Shown: positions 25,478 to 31,624 of the stretch, one piece after another
Numbering within the stretch: position 1 is the stretch's first letter
Layout of the letters: each line of letters begins with the position of its first letter
Virus record (IMG/VR): IMGVR_UViG_3300029616_000014
Location: 1-43,132 of that record
Source of the DNA: a virus
Reading direction: 5' to 3' (one strand)
DNA: 43,132 bases
Translations under genes and position numbers: made by a program
Notes under the pieces: generated by a model
Told to the model about the DNA's origin: nothing
The model's input: only the letters and a program-made list of their open reading frames with translations
Databases searched by the model: none

Positions 25478-26023
25478 TTATCCATTTATGGATATTGGGT
25501 GAATTAACCCGCCTTCCCGACGCCAGCCTGTAACGCGGTGGATAAAGCCGTATCTGGGGTCAAGCAGATCGAACATCAGCAGCAGGCCGAAGACAAAGGA
25601 CATGATGATAATTGCAACGGTCATCACGCTGATCTTGTGCCGCAGCTTTTTAATCGTGCCTTCCAGCGCTTCTATCCTGTCCTGGTCGTCCCCGTGTGAT
25701 TTCTCCTTTTCATCCTTTAAGTACTGCACATTATGCCTTAAATTGGCTATCAGGTCGCTGGTGTGCTGCTGCGGCGTGTAATCGTGTATCACGGTTGGCT
25801 CGTGCCGGATGCCCGCCAGCTCGTCCAGGGATCCGTCGGCAGATCGCACCAGGGAGGCCACGGTCTGAAACTGCGGCGTGGTCTGTCCGTCCAGGATGCG
25901 CGTGATCGTCTGCCCGCTTACGCCGGACACGGCTTCCCATTGTTTGATTGTCCAATTTTTGCTGCTGCGCAATCCGGTCAGATAGCCCGCAATGTCCATG
26001 CGATTGTCGTTTGTCTCATCCAT
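25478..26023 (-). CDS. Membrane-anchored XRE-type HTH protein (181 aa)
   Basis: Start MDETNDN follows RBS gaggggaa. HTH segment WTIKQWEAVSGVSGQTITRILDG, then a coiled coil, then C-terminal TM ISVMTVAIIIMSFVFGLLLMFDLL. Confidence 0.7.
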   Translation of the reverse strand: MDETNDNRMDIAGYLTGLRSSKNWTIKQWEAVSGVSGQTITRILDGQTTPQFQTVASLVRSADGSLDELAGIRHEPTVIHDYTPQQHTSDLIANLRHNVQYLKDEKEKSHGDDQDRIEALEGTIKKLRHKISVMTVAIIIMSFVFGLLLMFDLLDPRYGFIHRVTGWRREGGLIHPISING

Positions 26024-26166
26024 GATACTGATTCCCCTCACCTGTGATGTATTTTGTCCCATGGCTGATAGCGCAAAGGCCCGTATCTGATAAAAAGATG
26101 ATCTTGCAAATCATGCATGCTTGCGTATGGTGTAAGTATCGAATAAAACAGAAGGAGGCTTACACC

Positions 26167-26280
26167 ATGCCAAGGAGAAACTATCCGCCCAGGAGCCGAA
26201 AGCGCAAGACCACATTTGATCTGCCTCCGCAGGTAATCGACCAGATTATCATGCGCAGGGACGAAGAACGTATACATTAG
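26167..26280 (+). CDS. Possible 37-aa basic mini-protein
   Basis: Strong RBS gaaggagg lies 8 nt upstream of the ATG. Sequence MPRRNYPPRSRKRKTTFDLPPQVIDQIIMRRDEERIH. Below the ORF-track cutoff. Confidence 0.3.
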   Translation: MPRRNYPPRSRKRKTTFDLPPQVIDQIIMRRDEERIH

Positions 26281-26376
26281 TATATGACAATACGCGCTGG
26301 AGTATGACAAAAAGTGGGGAGAATTTTCACGATTCTGTGCGGTTTATCCCCATCCAGCACCAGTTTGTCCAATCGC

Positions 26377-26406
26377 TTGACAATCGGGAACGGATGTTCG
26401 TATAAT
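26377..26406 (+). promoter_or_regulatory. Consensus promoter firing antisense into the 3' end of the 26421-26756 gene
   Basis: TTGACA (26377-26382), 18-nt spacer, TATAAT (26401-26406). The predicted start lies about 7 nt from the stop codon of the minus-strand gene. Confidence 0.6.
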
Positions 26407-26420
26407 AATGGCGTGATCAG

Positions 26421-26756
26421 TCACGAACCGGCTGATTGCCCTTCCTCGAACGGCTGGAAAACATGCAGGAACAAAAGGTAGATGTTGGTTCCAAGCAGCA
26501 CAAGCATGCGATTACGCGGCATCCACTGATATAATTCATTGTAAACGAGGTAAAGAAACAGAAGATCGACGAGCAAAAAAATGCCTGTGCAGCCCTGCGC
26601 TTCCGACTTGGAATGCCATAGAACGACGAGGTTTGCGATGAAGCCCACGACGATGATCACGGAAAGCCAGACAGGCGTATAGCTTTCCAGGCAGAACACG
26701 CCGACCATTGAAACTACACGCCAAACGCCGAACAGATTCAAGAGGAACTTTTTCAC
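26421..26756 (-). CDS. Polytopic membrane protein (111 aa), lysogeny-module accessory gene
   Basis: GTG start with RBS ggagggg. Three to four hydrophobic helices (VVSMVGVFCL, VWLSVIIVVGFIANLVVLW, GIFLLVDLLFLYLV, MLVLLGTNIYLLFL). Confidence 0.65.
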   Translation of the reverse strand: MKKFLLNLFGVWRVVSMVGVFCLESYTPVWLSVIIVVGFIANLVVLWHSKSEAQGCTGIFLLVDLLFLYLVYNELYQWMPRNRMLVLLGTNIYLLFLHVFQPFEEGQSAGS

Positions 26757-26834
26757 AACGACCCCTCCGTATTGTAGATTGACAATATTGTATCACATTT
26801 TACCAGATAATAAAATGGAAGGAGCTATACCAAA

Positions 26835-26969
26835 ATGGACAAAACCAACGATTTGCCAACCTACGACGTGCTGATTGCCGATATAAGCCGACTTATTGAG
26901 AAGATGGACTACCACGCCCTGCGCGTTACTTGGCAAGCAATGCGCGCCATGGTTGGCGAAATCAAGTAG
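26835..26969 (+). CDS. Possible 44-aa protein
   Basis: RBS ggaagga. Sequence MDKTNDLPTYDVLIADISRLIEKMDYHALRVTWQAMRAMVGEIK. Below the ORF-track cutoff. Confidence 0.3.
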   Translation: MDKTNDLPTYDVLIADISRLIEKMDYHALRVTWQAMRAMVGEIK

Positions 26970-27011
26970 CGTGTTGGAATGGATGAAGGTTGAAATCCTT
27001 CGCTGGCCTTC

Positions 27012-27407
27012 TTATTTTGAACTGCTCCCGATCTTTATTGTTTGTGAGACGGAATAAATGACTTGTTGCTGTTCTTCGGACAGCGAGAGAATCGACAACA
27101 ATAACTCTCGTCTGAATGGATCAGGATCGGCTGCAACCTGCTGGACTTTTTCCAGCAACTCATTTGCGCGCGCATCACCCTTATCAGCAGAACGTGGCTC
27201 AACCAGCGCAGACTTGCTAACACCAAAGTAATTTGCCATACGCTCTATCTTGTCAATGCGTGGATACTTTCTTGCCTTAATCCAGTCAGTTACTGAGCTA
27301 TAAGATGCGCCTGCAATTTCCGCAAGCTCATACCGGCTGATATTGTTTTTATGCATATAATAGGAAAGGTTTTCAGCCATCACTTGACAATTGCCAAAGT
27401 CGCTCAT
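27012..27407 (-). CDS. CI-like repressor (XRE HTH, no S24 peptidase domain)
   Basis: ATG 27407 follows aaaggagg. HTH segment ISRYELAEIAGASYSSVTDWIKARKYPRIDKIERMANYFGV. It is divergent from the cro-like gene. Confidence 0.8.
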   Translation of the reverse strand: MSDFGNCQVMAENLSYYMHKNNISRYELAEIAGASYSSVTDWIKARKYPRIDKIERMANYFGVSKSALVEPRSADKGDARANELLEKVQQVAADPDPFRRELLLSILSLSEEQQQVIYSVSQTIKIGSSSK

Positions 27408-27480
27408 AAACAATTCCTCCTTTCTTCCTTATCATACACTATCCAGAACAAAAAGACAACAAAAAAGTGAAAAAAATTGC

Positions 27481-27519
27481 GCTTAAAGTGTTGACATTAT
27501 GCTTAAAGCGTGATATTAT
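27481..27519 (+). promoter_or_regulatory. Rightward early promoter with overlapping GCTTAAAG operator boxes
   Basis: TTGACA (27491-27496), 17-nt spacer, TATTAT (27514-27519). GCTTAAAG occurs at 27481-27488 and 27501-27508, with a third copy at 27752-27759. Confidence 0.65.
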
Positions 27520-27553
27520 ATTCTTGCAAGCAAGAGACGGGGGTGAGGAAATA

Positions 27554-27757
27554 ATGAGAGTAACGCTAAAGGCGGCCAGGGTAAACAAGGGTTATACGCT
27601 GGAAGAGGCCGCTAAAAAGATCGGAATAGGGAAGAGAACGCTTCTCAGCTATGAAAAAGGCGCAACATTCCCGAATCAGCAGACCATTGATTCGATTCTT
27701 CGCGTTTATGACGCAGGATACGATGATATTATTTTTTTACCGCAAAACTATGCTTAA
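27554..27757 (+). CDS. Cro-like XRE HTH protein (67 aa)
   Basis: ATG 27554 follows gggggtgagg. HTH segment YTLEEAAKKIGIGKRTLLSYEKGATFPNQQTIDSILRVY. Confidence 0.8.
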   Translation: MRVTLKAARVNKGYTLEEAAKKIGIGKRTLLSYEKGATFPNQQTIDSILRVYDAGYDDIIFLPQNYA

Positions 27758-27813
27758 AGCACAATCTATTGCATCAAGAATAGTAGACGGCAAGAATAGA
27801 AGGAGGGGTAAGG

Positions 27814-27993
27814 ATGGATTTCGACAGCTACAACAAGGTCAAGATGCAGTATATCCGCGAGGTATTCAAGCTGCTGGAAGACGGATTGAAGAAATTCCGA
27901 GAGACCAGGTTTGAATCGGATGTAGAGGAGTACGAAGAACTGCAAGCCATGTTGGCCGTGATGCGGCGGCTGTATCAGGTATGGGAGGATTAA
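27814..27993 (+). CDS. Hypothetical 59-aa helical protein
   Basis: RBS aggagggg. Just below the 60-aa ORF-track cutoff. Overlapping ORFs in the track look spurious. Confidence 0.5.
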   Translation: MDFDSYNKVKMQYIREVFKLLEDGLKKFRETRFESDVEEYEELQAMLAVMRRLYQVWED

Positions 27994-28011
27994 GGCAAGG
28001 GGGCGGGCGCA

Positions 28012-28173
28012 ATGAAACGACCTAAGAAATACAGCGACATGGACGGGCTGCAGAAGCTGGACTACATTCTCCTGATCGTGCAGATTGCGGCCTTCGCATT
28101 GGGCGTATTCGGCGTAGTAGGCGGATTGCTCAGCGGCGAGATAACGATTCCTCAATGGTTAATTGACCCTTGA
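28012..28173 (+). CDS. Hypothetical 53-aa single-TM protein
   Basis: RBS aagggggcggg. TM segment ILLIVQIAAFALGVFGVVGGLL. Confidence 0.4.
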   Translation: MKRPKKYSDMDGLQKLDYILLIVQIAAFALGVFGVVGGLLSGEITIPQWLIDP

Positions 28174-28384
28174 GCGTGCAGCCGTTGCGCTGGAAGGCTT
28201 TCAGCTTCACATATTGGCGGGCGAACTCGTCCGCATCGTGATAGCCCTTTGAATCGCTGGTCAACTGCAAGGCGGTATCCCATACGCGGTCTTTGCGCCT
28301 GTACTCCAGCACGGCAAGGGCGGTGCGAATGATCGCAACGGCGCTGCCAACGATTACGCTGACGGCGATGCAAATCTGATACAT
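28130..28384 (-). CDS. Hypothetical 84-aa N-terminal-TM protein
   Basis: RBS aaaggatg on the minus strand. TM segment ICIAVSVIVGSAVAIIRTALAVL. Its 3' end overlaps the convergent ORF 28012-28173 by 44 nt. Confidence 0.5.
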   Translation of the reverse strand: MYQICIAVSVIVGSAVAIIRTALAVLEYRRKDRVWDTALQLTSDSKGYHDADEFARQYVKLKAFQRNGCTLKGQLTIEESLSRR

Positions 28385-28414
28385 CGTAATTCATCCTTTC
28401 TGGGAGGGCAAGCA

Positions 28415-28603
28415 ATGAAAGCAATCATCATCGCGCTGGCGATACTGGCTGGCGGATCTTACGCAAACACCTGCATCATGATCAACATGGCGCGCGAAGA
28501 AAACGCCACACGCTACTGCACGCTGGCGCAGGTATTTAACACGATCACGTTTTTGCTGCTGTGCGCGGCGGTGGTTATCCTGCGATATACGCAAGGACAG
28601 TGA
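28415..28603 (+). CDS. Hypothetical 62-aa two-TM protein
   Basis: RBS gggaggg. TM segments KAIIIALAILAGG and ITFLLLCAAVVIL. Confidence 0.5.
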   Translation: MKAIIIALAILAGGSYANTCIMINMAREENATRYCTLAQVFNTITFLLLCAAVVILRYTQGQ

Positions 28604-28859
28604 CCACAAGCGTAGCGGCTGCAATGGCGATGGTGATAGCGGATACAAGCCAGAACCGAGCGGTTTCACGCTTGCGCTGGATGGCCTGCCGCTTTTCATC
28701 CTCCGCATGCTGAATTGCTTGCTGCTGCTTATAATCGGCAAGCTCAGCGCGGGCTTGCTTCACCTGGTTGCTGATGGCAGACAGGTTTTCCGCAGAAGAA
28801 CCGGTATTGCGAGCGGTTTTCTCCTGCTGATCAGCGAGCATGTTACCAAACTCATACAT
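28575..28859 (-). CDS. Hypothetical 94-aa tail-anchored coiled-coil protein
   Basis: Start MYEFGN follows aaagggg. Q/E/K coiled coil, then C-terminal TM FWLVSAITIAIAAATLVVTVLAYI. It overlaps the convergent ORF 28415-28603 by 29 nt. Confidence 0.5.
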   Translation of the reverse strand: MYEFGNMLADQQEKTARNTGSSAENLSAISNQVKQARAELADYKQQQAIQHAEDEKRQAIQRKRETARFWLVSAITIAIAAATLVVTVLAYIAG

Positions 28860-28919
28860 ACAAAACACCCCTTTCCCGGCCATTATAGCACGCCGGGCAG
28901 GGATAGAAAAGAGGATACC

Positions 28920-29057
28920 ATGAACGAAGACGCTTACTACGACCGCCTGCTGCGGGAGTATGACCGGGATGTGTGGGCTGACCTGGAGCGCGAGGCCGAG
29001 GAGCGGCTGGCCGCCGGGGACATCGCCTGCGACCGATGGAGGGACGACGGATGCTGA
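28920..29057 (+). CDS. Hypothetical 45-aa acidic protein
   Basis: RBS aaagagga. Sequence MNEDAYYDRLLREYDRDVWADLEREAEERLAAGDIACDRWRDDGC. Confidence 0.4.
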   Translation: MNEDAYYDRLLREYDRDVWADLEREAEERLAAGDIACDRWRDDGC

Positions 29058-29185
29058 TCGTGATCATCATCGCGGCCATTGCTCTGACGGCCTTAACCGC
29101 CTCGCTTACCAGCGGCACGGGGAGCTGCACCGACCATTACAGCGCGTACTACCGCAGCATGGCGCGGTTGACGGATAAAAAGTGA
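29051..29185 (+). CDS. Hypothetical 44-aa N-terminal-TM protein
   Basis: ATGCTGA start/stop overlap with the previous ORF. Sequence begins MLIVIIIAAIALTALTASL. Confidence 0.4.
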   Translation: MLIVIIIAAIALTALTASLTSGTGSCTDHYSAYYRSMARLTDKK

Positions 29186-29210
29186 TCAAAAACAAGGAGG
29201 AAAAATAACA

Positions 29211-29843
29211 ATGTGCCAACTCAAATCCTGCCTGGTGCTCAAGGATCGCGTGTATTGCCCGGACTACGACAGCCACCAGGACATGCTGGACAAGCTGGGT
29301 ATCAAGGATGACTACCTGGGCGCCAGCAAAACCTTTGTGCGGGTGGAGCTTACGCCGCCGGACGGTATGAGATCGCTGATGGAGCAGCTGGACAGGTGGA
29401 CGCTCAAGGTGGATCAGGATGTAACGCCCGAGTGGTGGGACGAAAAGGCCGACCGGCAGCGCGTGGAAGAGGCTGTTGAAGCCTGGCGCGGGGGGCATGT
29501 TTTTACGGAGGGCGAGCACGTCGTTAAGGATGGAGAGGTTTACGCCTTCGGCAGCGCCACGGTGAAAGCCTACAACAGCGCCACGGTGAAAGCCTGGGAC
29601 AGCGCCACGGTGGAAGCCTACAACAGCGCCACGGTGAAAGCCTGGGACAGCGCCACGGTGGAAGCCTACAACCGTGCCACGGTGGAAGCCTGGGGCAGCG
29701 CCAGGGTGACAGCCTGTGGCAGCGCCAGGGTGACAGCCTACAACCGTGCCGCGGTGAAAGTCTACAACTACTCCACGGTGGTTTATCCTCGAAAAAACAA
29801 GATCGTCTATCCCGCCGGATGGACGGCGGAAACGCACGATTAA
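29211..29843 (+). CDS. Octapeptide-repeat (predicted beta-helix/solenoid) protein, 210 aa
   Basis: RBS caaggagga. The unique N-terminal domain is about 113 aa. It is followed by about 9 tandem units of SATV[K/E]A[Y/W][N/D/G]. Confidence 0.7.
   Translation: MCQLKSCLVLKDRVYCPDYDSHQDMLDKLGIKDDYLGASKTFVRVELTPPDGMRSLMEQLDRWTLKVDQDVTPEWWDEKADRQRVEEAVEAWRGGHVFTEGEHVVKDGEVYAFGSATVKAYNSATVKAWDSATVEAYNSATVKAWDSATVEAYNRATVEAWGSARVTACGSARVTAYNRAAVKVYNYSTVVYPRKNKIVYPAGWTAETHD
29553..29768. repeat. 24-bp tandem repeat x9 (in frame, inside CDS 29211-29843)
   Basis: Units start at 29553, 29577, 29601, 29625, 29649, 29673, 29697, 29721 and 29745. Consensus agcgccacggtg[a/g]aagcct[a/g][c/g][a/g]ac. Units 2 and 4 are identical to each other, as are units 3 and 5. 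Confidence 0.95.
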
Positions 29844-29948
29844 CAATAATCACAGCCGGCTGCGGCACGAAACGCCGCTGGCACACGGAAAGACGGGCGC
29901 GCGATGGGAGCGAGACACCCACGGACAGCCGGGAGAGACCGGCAGCAC

Positions 29949-30015
29949 GGGGCGGCTGAGTAGGGTGTGTGTTCAAGCGCTCACATTGTAGGTGCAAATC
30001 CTGCCCGCCCCACCA
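29949..30015 (+). other. tRNA-like minihelix (acceptor stem + T arm + ACCA) lacking a D arm and an anticodon arm
   Basis: Acceptor ggggcgg (29949-29955) pairs with ccgcccc (30005-30011). T arm is gtagg-tgcaaat-cctgc (29988-30004), followed by a + cca. Total length is 67 nt. The 32 nt in between do not fold into canonical D and anticodon arms. Confidence 0.4.
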
Positions 30016-30143
30016 CCTGGCATGTTGGGTACTTGCATGCTGGGCACCTCCTTACTCCGCTATAAGCGGGTGCCGCATGGGTTTATCGCATCCCCCATGG
30101 GCGGCGGGCAGCGCTGGTCAGCAGCGTCAATGCCTGCCTGTCT

Positions 30144-30219
30144 GCCGGTGTAGTTCAAGAGGCAGAACGGCGCACTTGTAACGCGCGCGTTGTCGGTTCG
30201 ATTCCGGCCACCGGCTCCA
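30144..30219 (+). tRNA. tRNA-Thr (anticodon UGU), 76 nt with encoded CCA
   Basis: Hand fold: acceptor gccggtg/caccggc, T8, D arm gttc-aagaggca-gaac. Anticodon arm gcgca-cTTGTaa-cgcgc with a 31-39 A.C mismatch. Variable loop gcgtt, T arm gtcgg-ttcgatt-ccggc, discriminator t, CCA. Confidence 0.85.
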
Positions 30220-30246
30220 TCATTTTACGCGAAAGGATGATTTGCA

Positions 30247-30483
30247 ATGACGTATCCCCCCATGACGCTGGACGAGCTGCGGGCATGGCCCAAGGCCACC
30301 GTATCCCCCACCCAGGCAAGCGGGCTGCTGAACTGCGACCCGTACAGCCTGAACGTGGCTGCCAAGGCTGGGCGGCTGGCCATCCGGCACATCTTTTCTG
30401 GCCGCAACCTGCGCATCAGCAAGACGGACCTGCTGGCCTTTTGCACCGGCAGCACGGAAGGAGCGTGGCGGGTATGCAAATGA
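30247..30483 (+). CDS. Excisionase-family/MerR-like HTH DNA-binding protein (78 aa)
   Basis: RBS gaaagga. LTLDELRAW..VSPTQASGLLNCDPYSLNVAAKAGRLAIRHIFSGRNLRISKTDLLAF fits the excisionase-type winged helix. Confidence 0.45.
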   Translation: MTYPPMTLDELRAWPKATVSPTQASGLLNCDPYSLNVAAKAGRLAIRHIFSGRNLRISKTDLLAFCTGSTEGAWRVCK

Positions 30484-30665
30484 GCCAGGTGCCCTGCAAG
30501 CGCGACTGCCCCAACCGGGCGATTGGCTGCCACGGCAGCTTCCGGGCGGCGCAGGAAGAGCGCTACCGCCAGAACGAGATCAACGCCAGCGCGAGCTATG
30601 TGTATGTCAACGTGCTGCAGGCCCAGCGCAAGAGGCTGATGGACAAAAAAAGCAAGGGCCGCTGA
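30474..30665 (+). CDS. Hypothetical Cys-containing basic protein (63 aa)
   Basis: ATG 30474 lies 9 nt after ggaaggag. Sequence begins MQMSQVPCKRDCPNRAIGCHG. Confidence 0.5.
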   Translation: MQMSQVPCKRDCPNRAIGCHGSFRAAQEERYRQNEINASASYVYVNVLQAQRKRLMDKKSKGR

Positions 30666-30702
30666 CGGTTGCCCCCGCCAACAGCCCCCATGAAAGGAAG
30701 AT

Positions 30703-31215
30703 TTGCAAATGCAGTATACCACAAAAAAGCCCGATGTGCAAGCCGTAAACGGCAAGGAAATGCGCGCGCTGGAATTTCTGGCGGCGTTTGACGCGCAGAT
30801 GGGACTGGATGAGAGGACGCTGGAGGCCCGGCTGCGGACGATCCCCAACGGCTGGCGGAACTTCCGGATGATCCGGACGCAGCACCATTTGCTCATGGAC
30901 GCGCTGTACGACACCATGCCCGACACCAAGCGCTGGATGCTGTACCGGACGATCACCACCGGCCAGCTCATCATGCGCCCCGTGCCCGCCAGCAAGGCGC
31001 ACAGCGAGATGATCGTACAGGCCAGGGACGTGCAGACGGTATGCGCAAAGGCCATCGACGCGGAATGCGCCATGTGCGTAAAGACCGGCGCGGAGATCAA
31101 GCACTGCAAGCTGCGCGAGGCCATGCAGCGGATGGCGACCCCCTATGAGATACCAAAGAGCGGCTGCGAGTATGCGCACTACAGCCATACCTGGGAGGAG
31201 ATGACGGACGATTGA
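30703..31215 (+). CDS. Hypothetical protein (170 aa)
   Basis: Coding-like composition within the early operon. No motif recognised. Confidence 0.6.
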   Translation: MQMQYTTKKPDVQAVNGKEMRALEFLAAFDAQMGLDERTLEARLRTIPNGWRNFRMIRTQHHLLMDALYDTMPDTKRWMLYRTITTGQLIMRPVPASKAHSEMIVQARDVQTVCAKAIDAECAMCVKTGAEIKHCKLREAMQRMATPYEIPKSGCEYAHYSHTWEEMTDD

Positions 31216-31499
31216 GCGAGCAACCGAAGCGCTGCTACTGCTGCGGCGCGGTGCTGGAGGGCGGACACACGCTGTTTTGCCCGGCGTGCTGGGAGCGCTA
31301 CAGGCCGCTGGATAACCTGCCGCGCTGCCGCGTGTGCAGGCGCATCCTGATCGGCTTTGACGACGACATTTGCCCGCCATGTAAAGCAAAGCAGGCCGAA
31401 CTTGCGGAAATGCATGCAAAAACCGCAACTACACTTACGGAAAAGGAGGACAAGGCATGTACTGCGTGTACCGCATCAGCGGAGACAAAAAGCTGCTGA
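31212..31499 (+). CDS. Zinc-ribbon protein (three CxxC pairs)
   Basis: Contains CYCCG...FCPACW...CRVCR...CPPCK. TTG start overlapping the previous stop codon. Confidence 0.5.
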   Translation: MSEQPKRCYCCGAVLEGGHTLFCPACWERYRPLDNLPRCRVCRRILIGFDDDICPPCKAKQAELAEMHAKTATTLTEKEDKACTACTASAETKSC

Positions 31500-31624
31500 T
31501 TGCCCGGACAAGGACCATGGAGCGCGCGGCGCTGCTGGCACAGCGGGTGATGACAGCCCTGCGGCTGTGGCGCAATGACACGGACAGCGTGGTGATCGAA
31601 AGTGAGGATGTGGACGGTGACTGA
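31457..31624 (+). CDS. Hypothetical 55-aa protein
   Basis: RBS aaaaggagga lies 7 nt upstream. Sequence begins MYCVYRISGDKKLLIARTRTMERAALLAQRV. It overlaps the tail of the previous ORF. Confidence 0.4.
   Translation: MYCVYRISGDKKLLIARTRTMERAALLAQRVMTALRLWRNDTDSVVIESEDVDGD

Noticed and set aside
27651-28155. ORF-track entries 27651-27914 (+, 87 aa) and 27766-28155 (-, 129 aa)
   Set aside because: The first starts inside cro in another frame. The second lacks an RBS. Two shorter plus-strand ORFs with strong RBSs (27814-27993 and 28012-28173) explain the region better.
29553-29768. 24-bp tandem repeat array considered as a possible CRISPR or mini-array
   Set aside because: The units are contiguous with no spacers, are in frame inside a CDS, and encode a regular octapeptide. 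This is a coding tandem repeat, not a CRISPR array.
29106-29846. 246-aa minus-strand ORF (GFHRGAV repeats)
   Set aside because: It is the mirror image of the plus-strand repeat. The plus-strand ORF has a strong RBS and a non-repetitive N-terminal domain, while the minus frame has neither.
29969-30181. 70-aa plus-strand ORF in the non-coding stretch
   Set aside because: It is Cys/Trp/Arg/Pro-rich, has no RBS, starts inside the tRNA-like minihelix (29949-30015) and runs into the tRNA-Thr gene. The region is better explained as structured RNA.
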